DNA of 64,000 bases from Lama guanicoe (taxonomy: Eukaryota). This document shows positions 1 through 14,679 of the stretch, in pieces. The notes beneath the pieces were generated by a model that saw only the letters and a list, made by a program, of their open reading frames with translations, was not told where the DNA came from and ran no database searches. The stretch covers positions 4,318,167-4,382,166 of the forward strand of contig MU054001.1 of the NCBI GenBank assembly GCA_013239625.1. Direction: 5' to 3'. Position 1 is the first letter of the stretch. The number at the start of each line of letters is the position of its first letter. The translations under genes and the position numbers were made by a program.

Positions 1-455
1 TATCCAAGAGAACTGAAAGTGTATGCCCACACAAAAACTGTTTATAGCAGCATTATTCACAATAGCCAAAAAGTGGAAACATTCCAAGTGTCCATCACTG
101 ATGAATGGATAAACAAAATGTGGACACAATGGAATGTTATTCGGCCACATAAAGGGATGAAATTTTGATGCATGTTACAACATGGGTGAACCTTAAATAC
201 AGTAGGCCAAGTGAAAGAAGGCAGACACGAAAGGACACCTATATTATATGAGTCCATTTATACGAAATGTCCAAAATAAGCACATCCATAGAGACAGTAA
301 GTAGACTGCTAGTTGCCTAGGACTGAGGAGTTCTGGGGAAAGATGGAAAGTAATTGCTAATGGATATGAGGTTTCTTTCTGAGGTGATAAAACTGTTCTA
401 AATCTTATTCTGATGATAGCTGCACAAATCTGTGAAAATGCTAAAAAAAATCTGA
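1..455 (+). mobile_element. Old L1 (L1MB-like) 3' end
   Basis: Contains ATAGCAGCATTATTCACAATAGCCAAAAAGTGGAAAC and GATGAATGGATAAACAAAATGTGG, typical L1M 3' motifs. Confidence 0.8.
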
Positions 456-484
456 AATGTACATACCTCAATGAGGCTGTTATT

Positions 485-630
485 GGGGAAAAAAAGAAAG
501 AAGAAAGAGAAAAAAGAGAAAGAAAGGAAGGAAAGAAAGAGAAAGAGAAAGAAAGAAGAAAGAAAAGAGAAAGGAAGGAAGAAAGAAAAAGGAAAGAAGG
601 AAGGAAGGAGAAAGGGAAGGAGGGAGGACA
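485..630. repeat. Polypurine (GAAA/GGAA)n low-complexity tract
   Basis: About 145 bp almost entirely A/G. Confidence 0.9.
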
Positions 631-3600
631 AGCTGCTGTTACAGCCCTAAAAAGATCCTGCCTTAACTTATATGTTACCACAAAGCAAAATAAGAGGAAC
701 AGGAGAATCTATAAGTCAATAAAAAGAAGACTTGTATACCCAGGTAATAAATGACTCATACAAACCTAAAACAAAACAATTTGACATTTTAATTAGCACA
801 TGGACCAAGGTAAACAAGCAAATCGTTACCTCTTCTGAAATACCGAAAATATTAAAAGGGCCTAGGAATCCCAGGGTCAATGCTTATCTAAGGCCTTCAG
901 AGCTTTTATTGGAAATCAGTCTAAACCTAGAGTCCCAGCTTCTCCACATGTCACTAGTGAGTCCATGAATCTGCGTCTGCCCATCTCAGCTCCCTCCTGG
1001 GCACTGCTGCTTTCCCAGGGTGATCATCAAGCATCCACAGGGGGTCAAAAAACAAAACCCCTTTCACCATTAGTTTCCTTGCGAATGGGCGCATACTGTA
1101 CGTCCTTAAATTCACCATTACTTAGGGAGCCTCATCTCGTGTTATGTAACGTTACATAAATCTGAACTCTTTGGCATTCTCCTTTGGAAGACACATCATC
1201 CATTTCTGGAACTACTGAATCTCTCACCTTACCTCTTTTCTGGGCATATGATCTTCTGGTCAAGGACAAGCAGCCAAGGTTCTAATTCAATGGTGCTAAA
1301 CCCACTAGTACCTCATTTTCAGATAAGAAAGTGATATATGTGAGAAAAACTACAATACTATCTGACTAGTGAAACTTCAAAGTAGAATGACAATGCAGCT
1401 AACACATTTACACACACCTCAAAACACAAACACATGCACCGACAAACCCAGTGGGCAAAAATCTCACGAAGGCAAAAGTAAGTAAACTGATAAAACCTAA
1501 TCTACTTGGGGGAAGAACGGAGGAGCCTGGGAGTATTCAGAAAAGCAGTAACACTTCCCCTCATTCATGGTTACCCTCACAATCTTTCTGGCAACACACA
1601 CTGAGAAACACAGCCATCTTATTTTGAGGAACACAGATAAAAAAAACTAGCTGAAAAGTTAATAACATTTACAAGTATGCTTCTCAAGCTTCATCCACAA
1701 TAGAAAATAAAGAGCAGCTTAGATGCCCAACAGTAGGGGAGTGCTTAAGTAAACTCTGGTATAGTCACACAGGAAAACATGTTTTATCCCCCTGCAAAAA
1801 GCTGCATTGTAAACTACGTAAATACATGGAAAAGACCACGCAAAATGCAAAATAGGGGAAGCACTAAGATCTTTCATGTAGAAGGAAATTAGTCTTTTTA
1901 AAAATGGATATTTTACAGTGACATAAATAAGAGTTTATGGAGAGTAATAAATAGTTGATACTTTTTAGTGAAGAGCTTCTTTCAGCTGGCATGTTTATTG
2001 TTACATTATAGTCAAGCTGATCAAATATACAAGAAAAATTATTAAATATACAACCTAAAGCTGCTAACACGATTACAAAAGGCAATCACCAAAGAAAACG
2101 CAGAACTCATCAAATTCTCTTGGTATTTTTTGCTGTTTTGACACAATTATTCTGACTACCATTATCTGTTAATCATCTTCACATCACTAACCTAATTCAG
2201 CATTTTTTATAAACTGTTTCCAAGTCGGCAGCCAGTACACTGGCACCAGGCATGCAGACATTCAGGATCTGCAGAGCAAACCCAAAACGCTCCTCATATC
2301 TTTGACAATCATAAAGAAAAAACTTAATATGTCCTGCTACTCTGTGTTCTCACTCAAATATTTGCAAGCTCAATGAAGTCCAGAAAATTCTCCCGAGTCC
2401 CCCGCTCCTCAACTCAACACCTCTGCAGCGTGGCCTGCCTGGAGGTCAATTTAGCATTTAACTAGACAACCCTTCCCCAGCAACCACAGCACACATGCAC
2501 ACAAAGGCATCCACGGGAATGCTCACTTCAGCACTGCAACAGGAAACAGTGGAAATCAACATTTGTGTTCAGCAGTAGGAAAATGGCTTTAAAAATTATG
2601 GTACAGCTATACAGTTGAATTCTACATAGCACTTCAACTGACATGAAAGATTTTCCAAGATCTATTATACGGAAAAAAGCAAAAGTTACAACATAGTATG
2701 TATTTTCTTTGGCCATTCTACCAGGTAGGAAATGTTCTGGGAGAATCCACAGGACACTGGAACCAACACTACCTCTGAGGAAGAGGCTGGGGCTGAGAAC
2801 TAGAATGGCGGTCACATGAGACTCCTGACTTGTCTGCAGTGTTTTGAGTTTTTACTAGGAGAATAAATTCATGCCCTACTTACATAATTATAACAAGAAA
2901 AATCTGTGAGTCATAAATTGCATGTGATTTATCTAACATTCCATTAAGGGAATTCAAATCTATATGAACACAGGTGGTCTGAATCTAATTGATAAAGGGC
3001 ACTGCAGGCACACTGTCTTCACATCTACATTCAAAAACATACTTCCCTCTGCACCTCTCCAACAATATAAATACTCTTCCTTGCTTAAAAACAACTCCAA
3101 AAGCCCTCTCTGTCAAAAAAAAAAAAAAAAAAAGGAGGAAGAAAGCACTTTTAGTACAAGGCCAAATTTAAAAAAAAAAATCTTACACATAATCTCAAAT
3201 TCCTTAATAAGCATTTTTACTTTTAATCCAAAGAATGGTGTTACAAGGCCTCAGTCAAACTTTACCTCATTAAAATGATGTCTGTTGCCCACATAACTGT
3301 TTTGAAGTCATTTTATTCACTCGGTCTGGTTTTAATCAGTACAGAAAAGTTAGTGGGAGGCAAAGCAATTCCATTTTGAGCATCACCAGAGAACCACATC
3401 TCATCTCCCACCCCAAAGAGGAATCCCTCCATTGCAATGGGGTCTGAGGGTTCTGAGCTCCCCAGGGGATTCTAATAATTAGCCAGGTTTGGGAACCCAT
3501 GCTTTAAAAGATCCTTTTAAGCAGTACTCCTCAATCTGTGCTGCATATGAATTCTTTTTTTTTTAATATGACGTGAGAGCTACCACCCTCTACAGGGATC

Positions 3601-4184
3601 TATGAAATCAGAATCTCTGAGGAGTGGGTTTCAGTCATTAGAATTTTTTTTTTTAAAACTTCCTCAAACCCTATGCTCAAGTTAACTGATCTAGGAGTTA
3701 CCCTTATTACCTGTATGGGTTGTAGGAAACACAGTGGCATGCCAGGGGAGATGGCAAAACGCCAACCCCGAGTTTTATTTGAAATCACAGGGTTAGGCTG
3801 ATCAGAACAGACTCTCCATACACTGAGACCCGTTATAGACTAGGACTGGTGAGAAGCCCTAGTTTCAGGTAAAGATAAAGTCACTCCACTAGCTGTGATT
3901 CTACCGTATGGCTACAAATCAGCCAAGTCCATAAGCAGAGTGGTCCTTAAATAAATGCATGAATATCTTCTCTGAGTAACACATTAATCATATGTACAAC
4001 TTCGTGTTGGTCTACTGTATTCCTTATCACACCATAAGAAATCTAATCCATAATTAGATTCTATCAGATCAAGCACAAATGAAAATTAAACTAGTCACGT
4101 AAGTCCCAAAATAAATACAAACATTTGGAATAAAGAATTTTTGAAAATAACTCTTTAACCTTTTCCTTGTCGATATTCTGTATT

Positions 4185-4313
4185 GTTTGTTTTCTGAGGG
4201 GGAGGTAATTAGGTTTCTCCATTGATTTCAGTCTGGAGGAAGTACTGGGGATTGAACCTGGGGCCTCTGGCGTGCTGAGCATGCACTCTACCACTTGAGC
4301 TATACCCTTCCCC
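4185..4313 (-). mobile_element. tRNA-derived SINE (camelid Vic-1-like)
   Basis: Minus strand GGGGAAGGGTATAGCTCAAGTGGTAGAGTGCATGCTCAGCAC...GGTTCAATCCCCAGTAC...CCTAATTACCTCCCCC, with A and B boxes. Confidence 0.85.
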
Positions 4314-4344
4314 CTTCTTGTCAGTATTCTGATTAAAAAATGTT

Positions 4345-5095
4345 TTTCCATTTTTAAAAATCGTGGTAAAATATATATATAAATTAACCATTTTAACCAT
4401 TTTTAAGTGTACAGTTCTATAGCATTAAGTATGTTAACCTTGTGTAACCATAACAACTATCCATCTACAAAACTTCTAAAATCACTTTATTGAAGTATGA
4501 TTGACATACAAAATATTTAATGTACACAACTACATTTGTGAAACTATCACCAATCAAGGCCAGAAACATACCCAATACCTCCCAAAGCTTCCCCTTGCCC
4601 CGTTTATTTACTATTTTCTTTTATGTGTATGTTAAGAATAAATAACAAAAGATCTATCCCCTTAGCAAATTTTAAGCATATAATACAGTACTATTAGTTA
4701 CAGGCACCATGCTATATTGATCTCCAGAACTCACTTATACTGCATAACTGAAACTTTGCTCCTGAACTTTTTAATCTTCCCCAAAAGAAACTCTGTACCT
4801 ATTAAACACTAACTCCCCATTCTCTTCTCCCCTCCAGCCCCTGGCAACCTCTGTTCTACTTTCTGTCTCTATGAATTTAACTACTCTCCAGGTACCTCAC
4901 AGAAGTAGAATCTCTCAATATCTGTCCTTTGTGACTGTTTTTTTTTTTTTCACTTAGCATGACCTCAAGTTTCATTCATGTTGTAGCATGTACCAGAATT
5001 TCTTTCCTTTTTAACACTGAATGATACTTCATTGTGTATATATTAACATACTTTGTTTACCCATTTATCTATCAATAAACACTTGGGTTGCTTCG
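4345..5095 (-). mobile_element. Old L1 3' fragments (L1MA/MB-like), nested
   Basis: TTAACCATTTTTAAGTGTACAGTTC, CCCCAGCCCCTGGCAACC and TTCATGTTGTAGCATG motifs. Confidence 0.7.
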
Positions 5096-5199
5096 TTCTG
5101 ATTTTTTTTAACTGTATGTTATTTTGAAGTCACATACAATAAAGATGAAACTTATATCACCAGCATTTCTTTGGGAAACAAACAAACAAACCCGTAAGC

Positions 5200-8100
5200 A
5201 GTCCACATTCTGGGCCATAAAACACACCTTACCAAATTTTAAAAATGGAAATCATATAAAGTACACTCTCAGACCACAGTGGGATTAAACTAGAAATCAA
5301 TAAAAAAAAATAGCTGGAAAACCCCAAAATACAGTATTTGGAAGTTAAACACACAATACTTGAAGACTAAATACTTGGGAGATTAAATAAAATTTGGGTC
5401 AAAGAAGTCTCAAGAGATATTCCTAAATAAATGGAAGTAAAAATACAACTTACCAAAACCTGTGGGATGCAGGGAAAGTAGTACATAGAGGAAACTTTAC
5501 AGCATCAAATGCAAATATTAGAAAAGAAGAGAGATCTAAAAATCAATTATCTAAGTTTCTACCTTAGGAAACTAGAAAAAGAATGAACAAGTTATACTCA
5601 AAGTAAGAACAAGAAAATAAATAATTAAAATTTGAGCAGAAAAGAGAAAAAAAAATCAATGAAACAAAGTTGATTCTTTGAAAAGGTCCATGAGATGGAT
5701 AAACCTCTAGCCAAATTAAGTAAAAAAGAAAGACACTAATTAACTAATTTTAGAAATAAAAGGTCCATTGCTACTGATTCTATGGATATTAACAGGATAA
5801 TAAAGGAATATTATGAACAACTCTATGTACACACATTTGATAACCTACTTGAAACAGATCAGTTCCTCGAAAGAGACTACCAGAATTTACACAGGAAGAA
5901 AAGAACAGTCTGAATAGGCTTGTATCTATTAAGGGAATTGAATCAACAACTAATCATCTTCTTAAAACAGAAAGCAGCAACCCCAGATGGGTTCGCTGGG
6001 GAAATCTACCAAAGATCGGATGAAGAAATCATCTCAATTCTCTACACTCTCTTCCAGAAAATAGAAGCATTTCTAACTCATTCTCTGAGACCAGCATCAT
6101 CCTAATCCCCAAACCAGACAAAGACATTACAAGAAAGAAAAACTACAGACCAATATTTCTCCCTAACACAGATGTAAAAATCTTGAACAAAATAAGCAAA
6201 CCAAATCCAACAATGTACAAAAAGAATTACATACCATGACCAAGTGGGATTTATTCCAAGTGTGTTAAGACCAATTCAACATTCAAAAATAAATGCATGT
6301 CACATCAACAGGCTAAAGAAAACAAATCCTATAATTATAGCAAGGAGACACAGAAAAAGCATTTGAAAAAAATCTGACACCCAATCAAACACACACCTTC
6401 AGCAAACTGGAAACAGAGGGGAAGCTCAACTTGATAAAGAACATATTATAAAAGTCTTACTGCTAACATCATACTTAATGATGAGAAGTTAGATGATTTC
6501 CCACTAAGATTAGGAACAAGGCAAGATGTCCACTCTCACCACTCCTAATCAAAGCATACTGGAAGTCCTAATGCAATAGGAAATAAAAGTTGGGAAGAAA
6601 GAATAAAATTGCTTTTGTTTGCTGCTGACATGAATACCTATGTAGAAAATCCCAAAGAAACAACAAAAAATTTCCTAGAACTAATGAGTTATTATAGCAA
6701 GGTTACAGGATACAAAGTTAGTAAAAGCCAACTGCTTTCTCATATATCATCAATAAACAACTGAAATCTGAAATTTAAAATGCAATACCATAAATAATAT
6801 TTACCTTAGTGTTAAAAAAAACCCAAAACAGAAATACTTAGGTAGGTATAAACCTAACAACTTATGTTTAAGATTGATATGAAGAAAGCTCTGATGAAAG
6901 AAATCAAAGACTGAAGGAAATGCAAGGCTATTCCAATTCTTCCCAATTTGATCTACAGATTCAATGAAATCCCAATCAAAATTCTAGCAAGGTATTTCGA
7001 CAATATTCTAAAATTTATACAGAAAGGCAAAAGATCCAGAATAGTCAAAATAACACAGAAGAAGAATAAAGTCAGAGGAATGACACTACCTGACCTCAAG
7101 ATTCACTATAAAGCTAAAGTAATCAAGATGTGGTACTGGTGAAAAAGTAGACAAATAGATCATGAAACAGAATAGAAAGCCCAGAAAGAGACCTACACAA
7201 AATACAGTCAACTGATCTTTGACAAAGGAGTAAAGGCAATTCAGTGGAGCAAGGATGGTCTTTTTAGCAAACGGTGCTCGAACAATTGGACATTCACATG
7301 CAAAAAAAAAAAAAAAGTGAATCTAAACACAGATCTTCCATCTTTCGTAAAAATTAACTAAAATGGATCACAGACCTAAATGTAAAACGCCAAACTATAA
7401 AACTCCTAGAAGACAACTAAGAGAAAATTTAGGTGACCTTGAGTTTGGCCATCACTTTCCATGCACAATATCAAAAGCACAATCCATGAAAGAAAACTGT
7501 TAAATTAGATTTCACTAAAAGTCAAAACCTCTGCTCTGGGAAAGACCCTGTCAAGAAAATGAAAAGGCAAGCCACAGGCTGGGAGAAAATTTTTACAAAA
7601 CACATATCCAATAAAGGACTAGTATCCAAAATATACAAAACTCTTAAAACCCAACAATAAGAAAATAACCCAATTAAAGATTAGCAAAACATGGAGTACA
7701 ATCTATTAAAATATCGAATGACTATGCTATACCCTTGAAACTAATATAATATTGTATAACCTATACTTCAATTTTTAAAATATCTGAGCAGATACTTCAC
7801 TAAAGAAAACACAAGCATGAAAAGATACTGGACATGTCATTAGGGAACTGCAAATTAAAACAATGAGATACCACTACACACCAATTAGAATGGCCAAAAA
7901 CCAAAACACTGATGACACCAAACGCTGGCAAGGATGTGGAGCAGCAAGAACTCTCACTCATTGCCAGTGGGAATGCAAAACAGAAGAGCCACTTTGAAAG
8001 ACAGTTTGGCAGTTTCTTACAAAACTAAATATACCATCCATCCAGCAATTTCACGCCTTGGTATTTACCCAAGGGAGCTGAAAACCTATGTTCACACAAA

Positions 8101-8720
8101 AACCTGCATACAGATGTTTACAGCAATTTTATCTCATAATTGCCAAAACTTGAAACCACCAAGATGTCCTTCAATAGGTGACTGGATAAATAAACTGTTG
8201 TACAATGGAGTATTATTTAGATTTTTTTAGAGAAGCTATCAAGCCAGGAAAAGATATAGAGGAACTTAAACGCATATTGCTAAGTGAAAGTAGACAATTT
8301 GAAATGGTCACATACTGTATGTTTCCAATTATATGACGTTCTGGAAAATACAAAACTATGGAGACAGTAAAAAAAATCAGTGGTTGCCAGGGGTTTAGGG
8401 GGAAAGAGAGACGAATTAGCAGACGTAACACAGGGGATTTTTAGGGCAGTCAAACTATTCTGTAGGATACTGTAATGATGGATATGTGTCATTACACATT
8501 TGCCAAAAGCCATAGATTGTAGTAGAATGTGCAACACAGAATGAATCCTAATTTAAACTCTGGACTTCAATTAATCATAATGTATCAATACATGGCCCAT
8601 CAATTTTAACAAATACATTAATTATAGGGGAAACTGGGGTGGGAGTGGAGGAGTGAGGGAGTATATGAGAACTCTGTACTTTTGCTCAATTGTTCCATAA
8701 AGCTAAAACCGATCAAGAAA
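5200..8720 (+). mobile_element. Decayed L1 (ORF2 remnants plus 3' UTR, L1MC-like); a second short L1 3' end sits at about 7690-7780
   Basis: ORF fragments resemble L1 ORF2 ([52 protein letters not shown]) with many stops and frameshifts. Confidence 0.9.
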
Positions 8721-8724
8721 AAAT

Positions 8725-8848
8725 TATATATATGTATATATACACACACACACACACACATTATAAATACACATTTATACATACATATATTTATACATAT
8801 ACATATACATGTATATGTATATATATATCATACACACATACACACACC
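8725..8848. repeat. (TA)n/(CA)n compound microsatellite
   Basis: Alternating purine-pyrimidine runs at the L1 tail. Confidence 0.9.
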
Positions 8849-10536
8849 CCTTGGGGAGGAAAAATAGAGGACCAGTTATTTCAGAACAGAAAAGTCCATG
8901 AACATCTCCATTTCGCCAGGTCCCACACATGACGCTGCCTGCTGAATTCCCCAGAAGGGGTGACCACAAACTCCTAAGGAAGCTGAAGTCAAACCATGAC
9001 CTAAAAAGCTTGGTTCTGGTCATCTTTTAGGAGCCTTCCTTTATACAGCTGCTTGCTATATTGTTATTATATGTAAATAGTAACTTTTAAAATAAGTATA
9101 TGATCGGAGTTAAAGTGTTAAAAGATTTACTCCCAGTAGGAGTCCTTCCCATAATGCTGTACTGGTTACATTAGCCTACGGTTAAAGAATATTAGCACAA
9201 GATGAAGAAACATAATCCAGATTTAATTTCAAGGGTAAACAAATGTATTACTCCTGGTTGTCGAGTTAAGGCTGTGAGAACTCTGTCTCCTGAGCAAAGG
9301 CTTCACAGGCCACATATCCACCGTGGTTTCCTTCACCTACCACAAGCTGAAAGCAAAGGTCAGATGTGGCTGTGGGCCAAGGGCTCCCCTGACAGTCCCG
9401 GCCACCGACCAAAGGCCGAGCACAGTTCACTCCAGAGAGAACTAACTGCCCTTTCCACACACCAGGCACTAGCTGCCCCAAAGCCACCTTCAGCTTCCTG
9501 AAGCCCACCTGCTTCTCTTCCCTTCGGGATCACAGATCATTAACAGAGCCAGTCAGAAGTTAAACCCCCGTCTCACTCTTACCCTGTTTTCCCTATGAGA
9601 ACTGTACCCGCAGGATAAGCAAATATCTGAGGAGGAAGTCTCCTTTTAGGAATGTTCCAGCTAACAAACAATCAAGAGAATAAGAATATCACAAGTTTAC
9701 AACCTTCATAATGAACTAATATATATAGGCAATGATCATTAATGGCTACCAATATTACAAAAAGAAAGAATTCAGACATTAAGTATCTTCTGGGAAAAGT
9801 ATACACCACCATCTATGTATTTTTGCAAAACAAACAAAAATCTAAACTCTCTAGATCTAATTACAAACATATAGAAAATACAGGGAGACAATGCAAGATA
9901 CTGACACTACAGGAATGCAATCAGCAAAACTCAGAGAGCAGAAGTCTACAGGAAAAACAATCCAGTTCCTTCAACAAATAAATTAATACGGGGGAAAACA
10001 GGTGGCAGAGAAAGCTGCTGATTAAAAGATTTAAAAGGCATTTCAACCAACAGTAATGCAAGAGACTCATTTGGATTCTGATTTGAACAAACTGTTAAAA
10101 AAAGATAATTATGGGACATTTGGGGAAATATAAACCTTGGCTATTTGATGCAACTAAGGAGTTACTGTTAATTTGTTTAGGTGTAATAATGGTGATTATG
10201 GTTTCTTTTTAAGTTCTTATCTAGAGATTCACACAAAAACATTTATACAAAATGATTCAACATCTGTAACTTGCTTCAAAAAAACGAGGGGTGGAAATGG
10301 ACTGGAGGGCAGGTAAAACGAGTTTGGCCACGGGTTGATGACTGTTGAAGCTGCACGATGACTACATGGAAGTTCATTATTCTATTCTGTCTACTTCCAT
10401 ACAGCTTTAAGTTTCCATAATAAAAAGGTTATAAGAAATGAAGTAGAGTAATTTCAGACCTCAAAATTCCTTTGAGAAAGGTCAACCATCATAGTAGATC
10501 CTGCTCCCCATCTATCTCAATTATGCTAAATATTAC

Positions 10537-10770
10537 ACAGTTGGCCCTCCATATCCATAGGTTTTGCATCCACAGATTCAACCAACTGCAGATCAAAATT
10601 TCAGTCTGAGGTTGGCTGAATCCACAGGTGCAAACTCCACAGATACAGAGAGCCAACTGTATTTACTGCTCTACGCCGTATTATATAAGGGATTTGAGCA
10701 CCCCCGTATTTTGGTATCCGCAGGGGCTCCAGGAACCAAACCCCTGCAGATCCTGACGGAAGACTGTATA
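10537..10770. mobile_element. Tigger-family MITE (Tigger3/MER2-like)
   Basis: CAGTTGGCCCTCCATATCC...GATTTGAGCA...TTTTGGTATCCGCAGGGG...GACTGTA. Confidence 0.65.
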
Positions 10771-11964
10771 TCCAAACTGTCCCCTGAGGGCTTATTATAT
10801 GAAACTAATACAGTCAACTTTTCCTTTCCAACCCTCTACAACCTAACCAATCTTTCAAAACATTAGCAAAAATTTCCACTCTTACCAAAGTTTGCCCTTA
10901 CCTCACTAGTCAAAAGCTACTTCTCCACTATACACAGTCCATCCAATCAGAGCATAACTTCTCAGAAGGGAGAGCATGCTTTACTGTCTTACTTCCCACA
11001 AAAAGCCTAGCTCGGTGGTTTGCCTACAGCAGTTGATTAGCAACCAAAAAATGGGTGGATCATTCTGGTCTGTTCAGAGATGAGTCACAAAATCAACAAG
11101 GGATACAGAACAAAATCAGAGGACATGTTTACAAATTTATAGGTCATGAAGAATGTATGAACATATTGTGATAGATCCATACAATTAGGAATGCTACTCA
11201 GCATTAAAAAGTAACAAACAACAGTGTTATACATAATATGGGTGAATCTCCAAAACATCATGCTAAAAGAAAGAAGTTAGACACAAAAGACTACAAAGTA
11301 AATATAATTTCATTTATTTGAAATCCTAGAAAAGGCAAAAGTGGTTGCCAAGGGCAAGGGATGGGGTAAGGGGACTGACTAACAGGCATGAGGATACTTT
11401 TTGAGAGATGGAAATGTTCTATGTGTTTTTCCTACATTTTGACTGTCATGGTAACACAACTGTGTATATTTCCAAAAGTCACCTATCTGTACAATCAAAA
11501 TGGGTAAATTTTATTATAAGTCAGTCATATTGTAATAAAAACTATTTATAAATCATAAAACTAGAATTGAAAATTGCATATATATGTAATAGGAAAGACC
11601 AACGGCTTTTACAAATTAAAAACACAAACATCTCCAAAAGAAAGATAGGCAAGGGAAATAAGAAACTGAAGAGAAAAATAAATAGCCAATTAATGTGAAG
11701 GCACTGCAAATGAAATCAGTAAAATACTATTTTTTGCCTTAAAGTTGGCAAAAAAAAACTGTTTTCCTTTGTACTGGCATTTGTTTTTAAAACTGTAGTA
11801 TGTCGCACTGGTGAAGATTTAAGGAAAATTGGAACTCTTACACACTACCGACATAAGGGTAAACTGATCCAATCTTTCCACAGGAAAATATGGCAAAAGC
11901 CTTAAAAGATACAAACATTTTCCAATCTAAAACTTTATCCTCAAGAAATAGTTGTTGTGCCAAG

Positions 11965-13200
11965 ACAATTATGGAGAAATAATAGGCATTTAACAAATGG
12001 TGCTGGGACAACCTGATATTCACAGGCAAAAGAATGAAGCTGGACCTCTACCTCACACCATATGCTGAAGTGAATTCAAAATGGATCAAAGACTTAAATA
12101 CTGGAGCTAAAACTATAAAACCTTAAAAGGAAACACAGGGGTTAACTGTCATGATCTTGGCAATGGTTTCTTAGATACTTAAAGCACAAGCAACAGAAAA
12201 AAATATAATAGATGAATTGAAATTTATAAAACAGAAAAAACAAACCTCTGTGCTTCAAAGGACAGTATCAAGAAAGTATGAAGACAATCCACAGAATGGG
12301 AGCAATATCTACAAACTATCTATTCGATAAGGGTCTATTATCCAGAATACATAAAGAACTCTTACAATAAACAATAAAAAGACAATCTAATCAAAAATGG
12401 GCAAATAACTTAGACATTTCTCCAAAGAAGATATACATATGGCCTACAAGCACATGAAGATATGCTTAACACCCTTAGTCGTTGGGGAAATGCAATTAAA
12501 ATCACAATGAGATCAATGAGATACCACTTCACACCCACCAGAATGGCTATAATCAAAAAGACAGATAATGAAATGTGTTGACAAGAACATGGAGAAACTG
12601 GAAACTACATACATTGCTGGTGGGAATGAAAAATATTATAGCCACTTTATATGACCCAACAATTTCACTCCTAGGTATTTACCCAAGAAAAATGAAAACA
12701 TGTACTCACACAAAAATTTCTGCATGAATATTCACTATTTATAACAGCCAAAAAGTGGAAACAACTCAGATGGCCATCAATTGATAAATGAACAAACAAA
12801 ATGTAGTATATTCACACACTAGAATATTCAGGCATAAAAAGGAGTGAAGTACTGATACATGCTACAACATGAATAAACTTTGAACACATTATGCTAATCG
12901 AAAGAAGCCAGGCACAAAAGGCCATATATTATATGATTCCATTCTTGAGAAATGTCCAAAATCATAAATTCAGAGACAAAAAGTCTGATTGAGGTTGCCA
13001 GGATCTGAGTGGGAAGGGGAGAGTGGGGAGTGATAATGGGTACAGGGTTTCTTTCCGTGGTGATGAAAATGTTCTGGAATTAGATAGCTGTGATGGTTAC
13101 ACAACTGTGTAATATTCTAAAACCACTGAACTGTACACTTTAGAAGGGTGAATATGATAGTATGTGAATTTTATCTCAGTGAAAATAAGTAGAAAAAAAA
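11965..13200 (+). mobile_element. Decayed L1 (L1MB-like) ORF2 end and 3' UTR
   Basis: AACAAATGGTGCTGGGACAAC, GACATTTCTCCAAAGAAGATATAC and GAGATACCACTTCACACCCAC, ending in an A-rich tail. Confidence 0.85.
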
Positions 13201-14679
13201 AAAGAAATAATCCTCTCTGGGGCAAAGGCTCAGCTAAAAGTATGTCTTTTATAAAAAACAAAAGATTGGAGACAAACTAAAGGTCCAGTTGGAGGTTGGT
13301 GAAATAAATTAAGGTGCATTTAATCAATGGAATACCATGTCCACACATGGTAGGTACACAGAGTCATACTAAACATAATGGGCTATTAAAAAATGTTGTC
13401 AAAATATATTTCATATGAAAGATTTTTGTCATTACTAATAATTTTTTTAAGTCAAAAAAGTATGTCCACAATATTCTGATGCCCTTCTCCCAAACAGAAA
13501 ACAATCTTAGGATAAAAACCAATTCTAACTTCAGGCCTCTAGAGAATAAATTTCTGTTATTTGAAAAATTTTTCTTTAAATTAGAAAAAAAATTTTAAGT
13601 ATACCAGTAGTGAAGTCCATTGACAGACAGAAAAAAGGAAACATATGTATACATACATTTAAAAGTGTAAAAATACTTACACCAAAATGTGTTAATGGTA
13701 GTTTTATCCTGGTAGTAGTATTATACGGGCTTCCTTTGGTTTCACTGTATTTTCTAGTTTTTTGACAATTAGCATTTATTAGTCATATATAAAATATATA
13801 TTGATTTTAAAAACAAGTATTCTAAGGAACAGTGGTAGTTAACATCTCAAACAAAGAAGAAAATAAAGGGTGAAAAACTAACTTTAAGAAATAAAGACAT
13901 CAAATTTTAAAACCTCATCAACGACCTGACACTCAACTAAATCCAAATTACTAAAAGTTAACTTTTGTAACTCCACAACCACAATCCTAATCATTCTTAC
14001 CCTTGCTTTGGCAGAAATTTACAAGTCAATAAATTTGCAATTTATAATACAGACTGGACAGTGCTAAAAGTTATATTATTTTGGCCAAATCAAAACAGTG
14101 ACTACAAGGGACTGGTAAGGGAAAAATCAAAGACCAGGTTCCAATTTTCAGTCCAGAAAACGGTTCCAATGAAACAGAGGTTATTCCAGCATAGATTTGA
14201 AGATAAAGTATTTATTCTACACAGTCTGAAGACATTGTTCAAATATAAAAATACTGTAAACAAACAAACCAACAAAAAAACCACCACTAACCACAGGGTT
14301 TACTAGCCAAAATACAGCCAAGCCAATAGAAAATAAAGTTTACTCACAACATATGAAAGGAAGGACTCTAAATTTTGAAATCAACTCTGCAGTTTACCTT
14401 TTTATATGTTTTTAGAAAATGAAAATAAAGCTCTACTTTATACTACTGAGAAAAATCAACGTGTAAAGGAAACATTCAAAGTAGTTCAAAGATAAAGAGT
14501 TAAAATGATACTGCTAAGAATAAAATGAAAGCAAATTGAAAATAAGGCCCTTTTAAGTCAATTTTACTTAGAGATTTAATTAATTGTAGACATTCTCAAT
14601 ACTGCCAAGTTGTTTTTAAAATAAAAACTAAAACTAAAATTAGGTAAGAGTTATCTCTGAGAAAGCTGATATGATAAAA

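Noticed and set aside
244..754. ORFs rich in F/S/L or K/E/R
   Set aside because: Translations of the polypurine microsatellite.
5200..8720. Possible active reverse transcriptase gene
   Set aside because: L1 ORF2 is fragmented by many stops and frameshifts.
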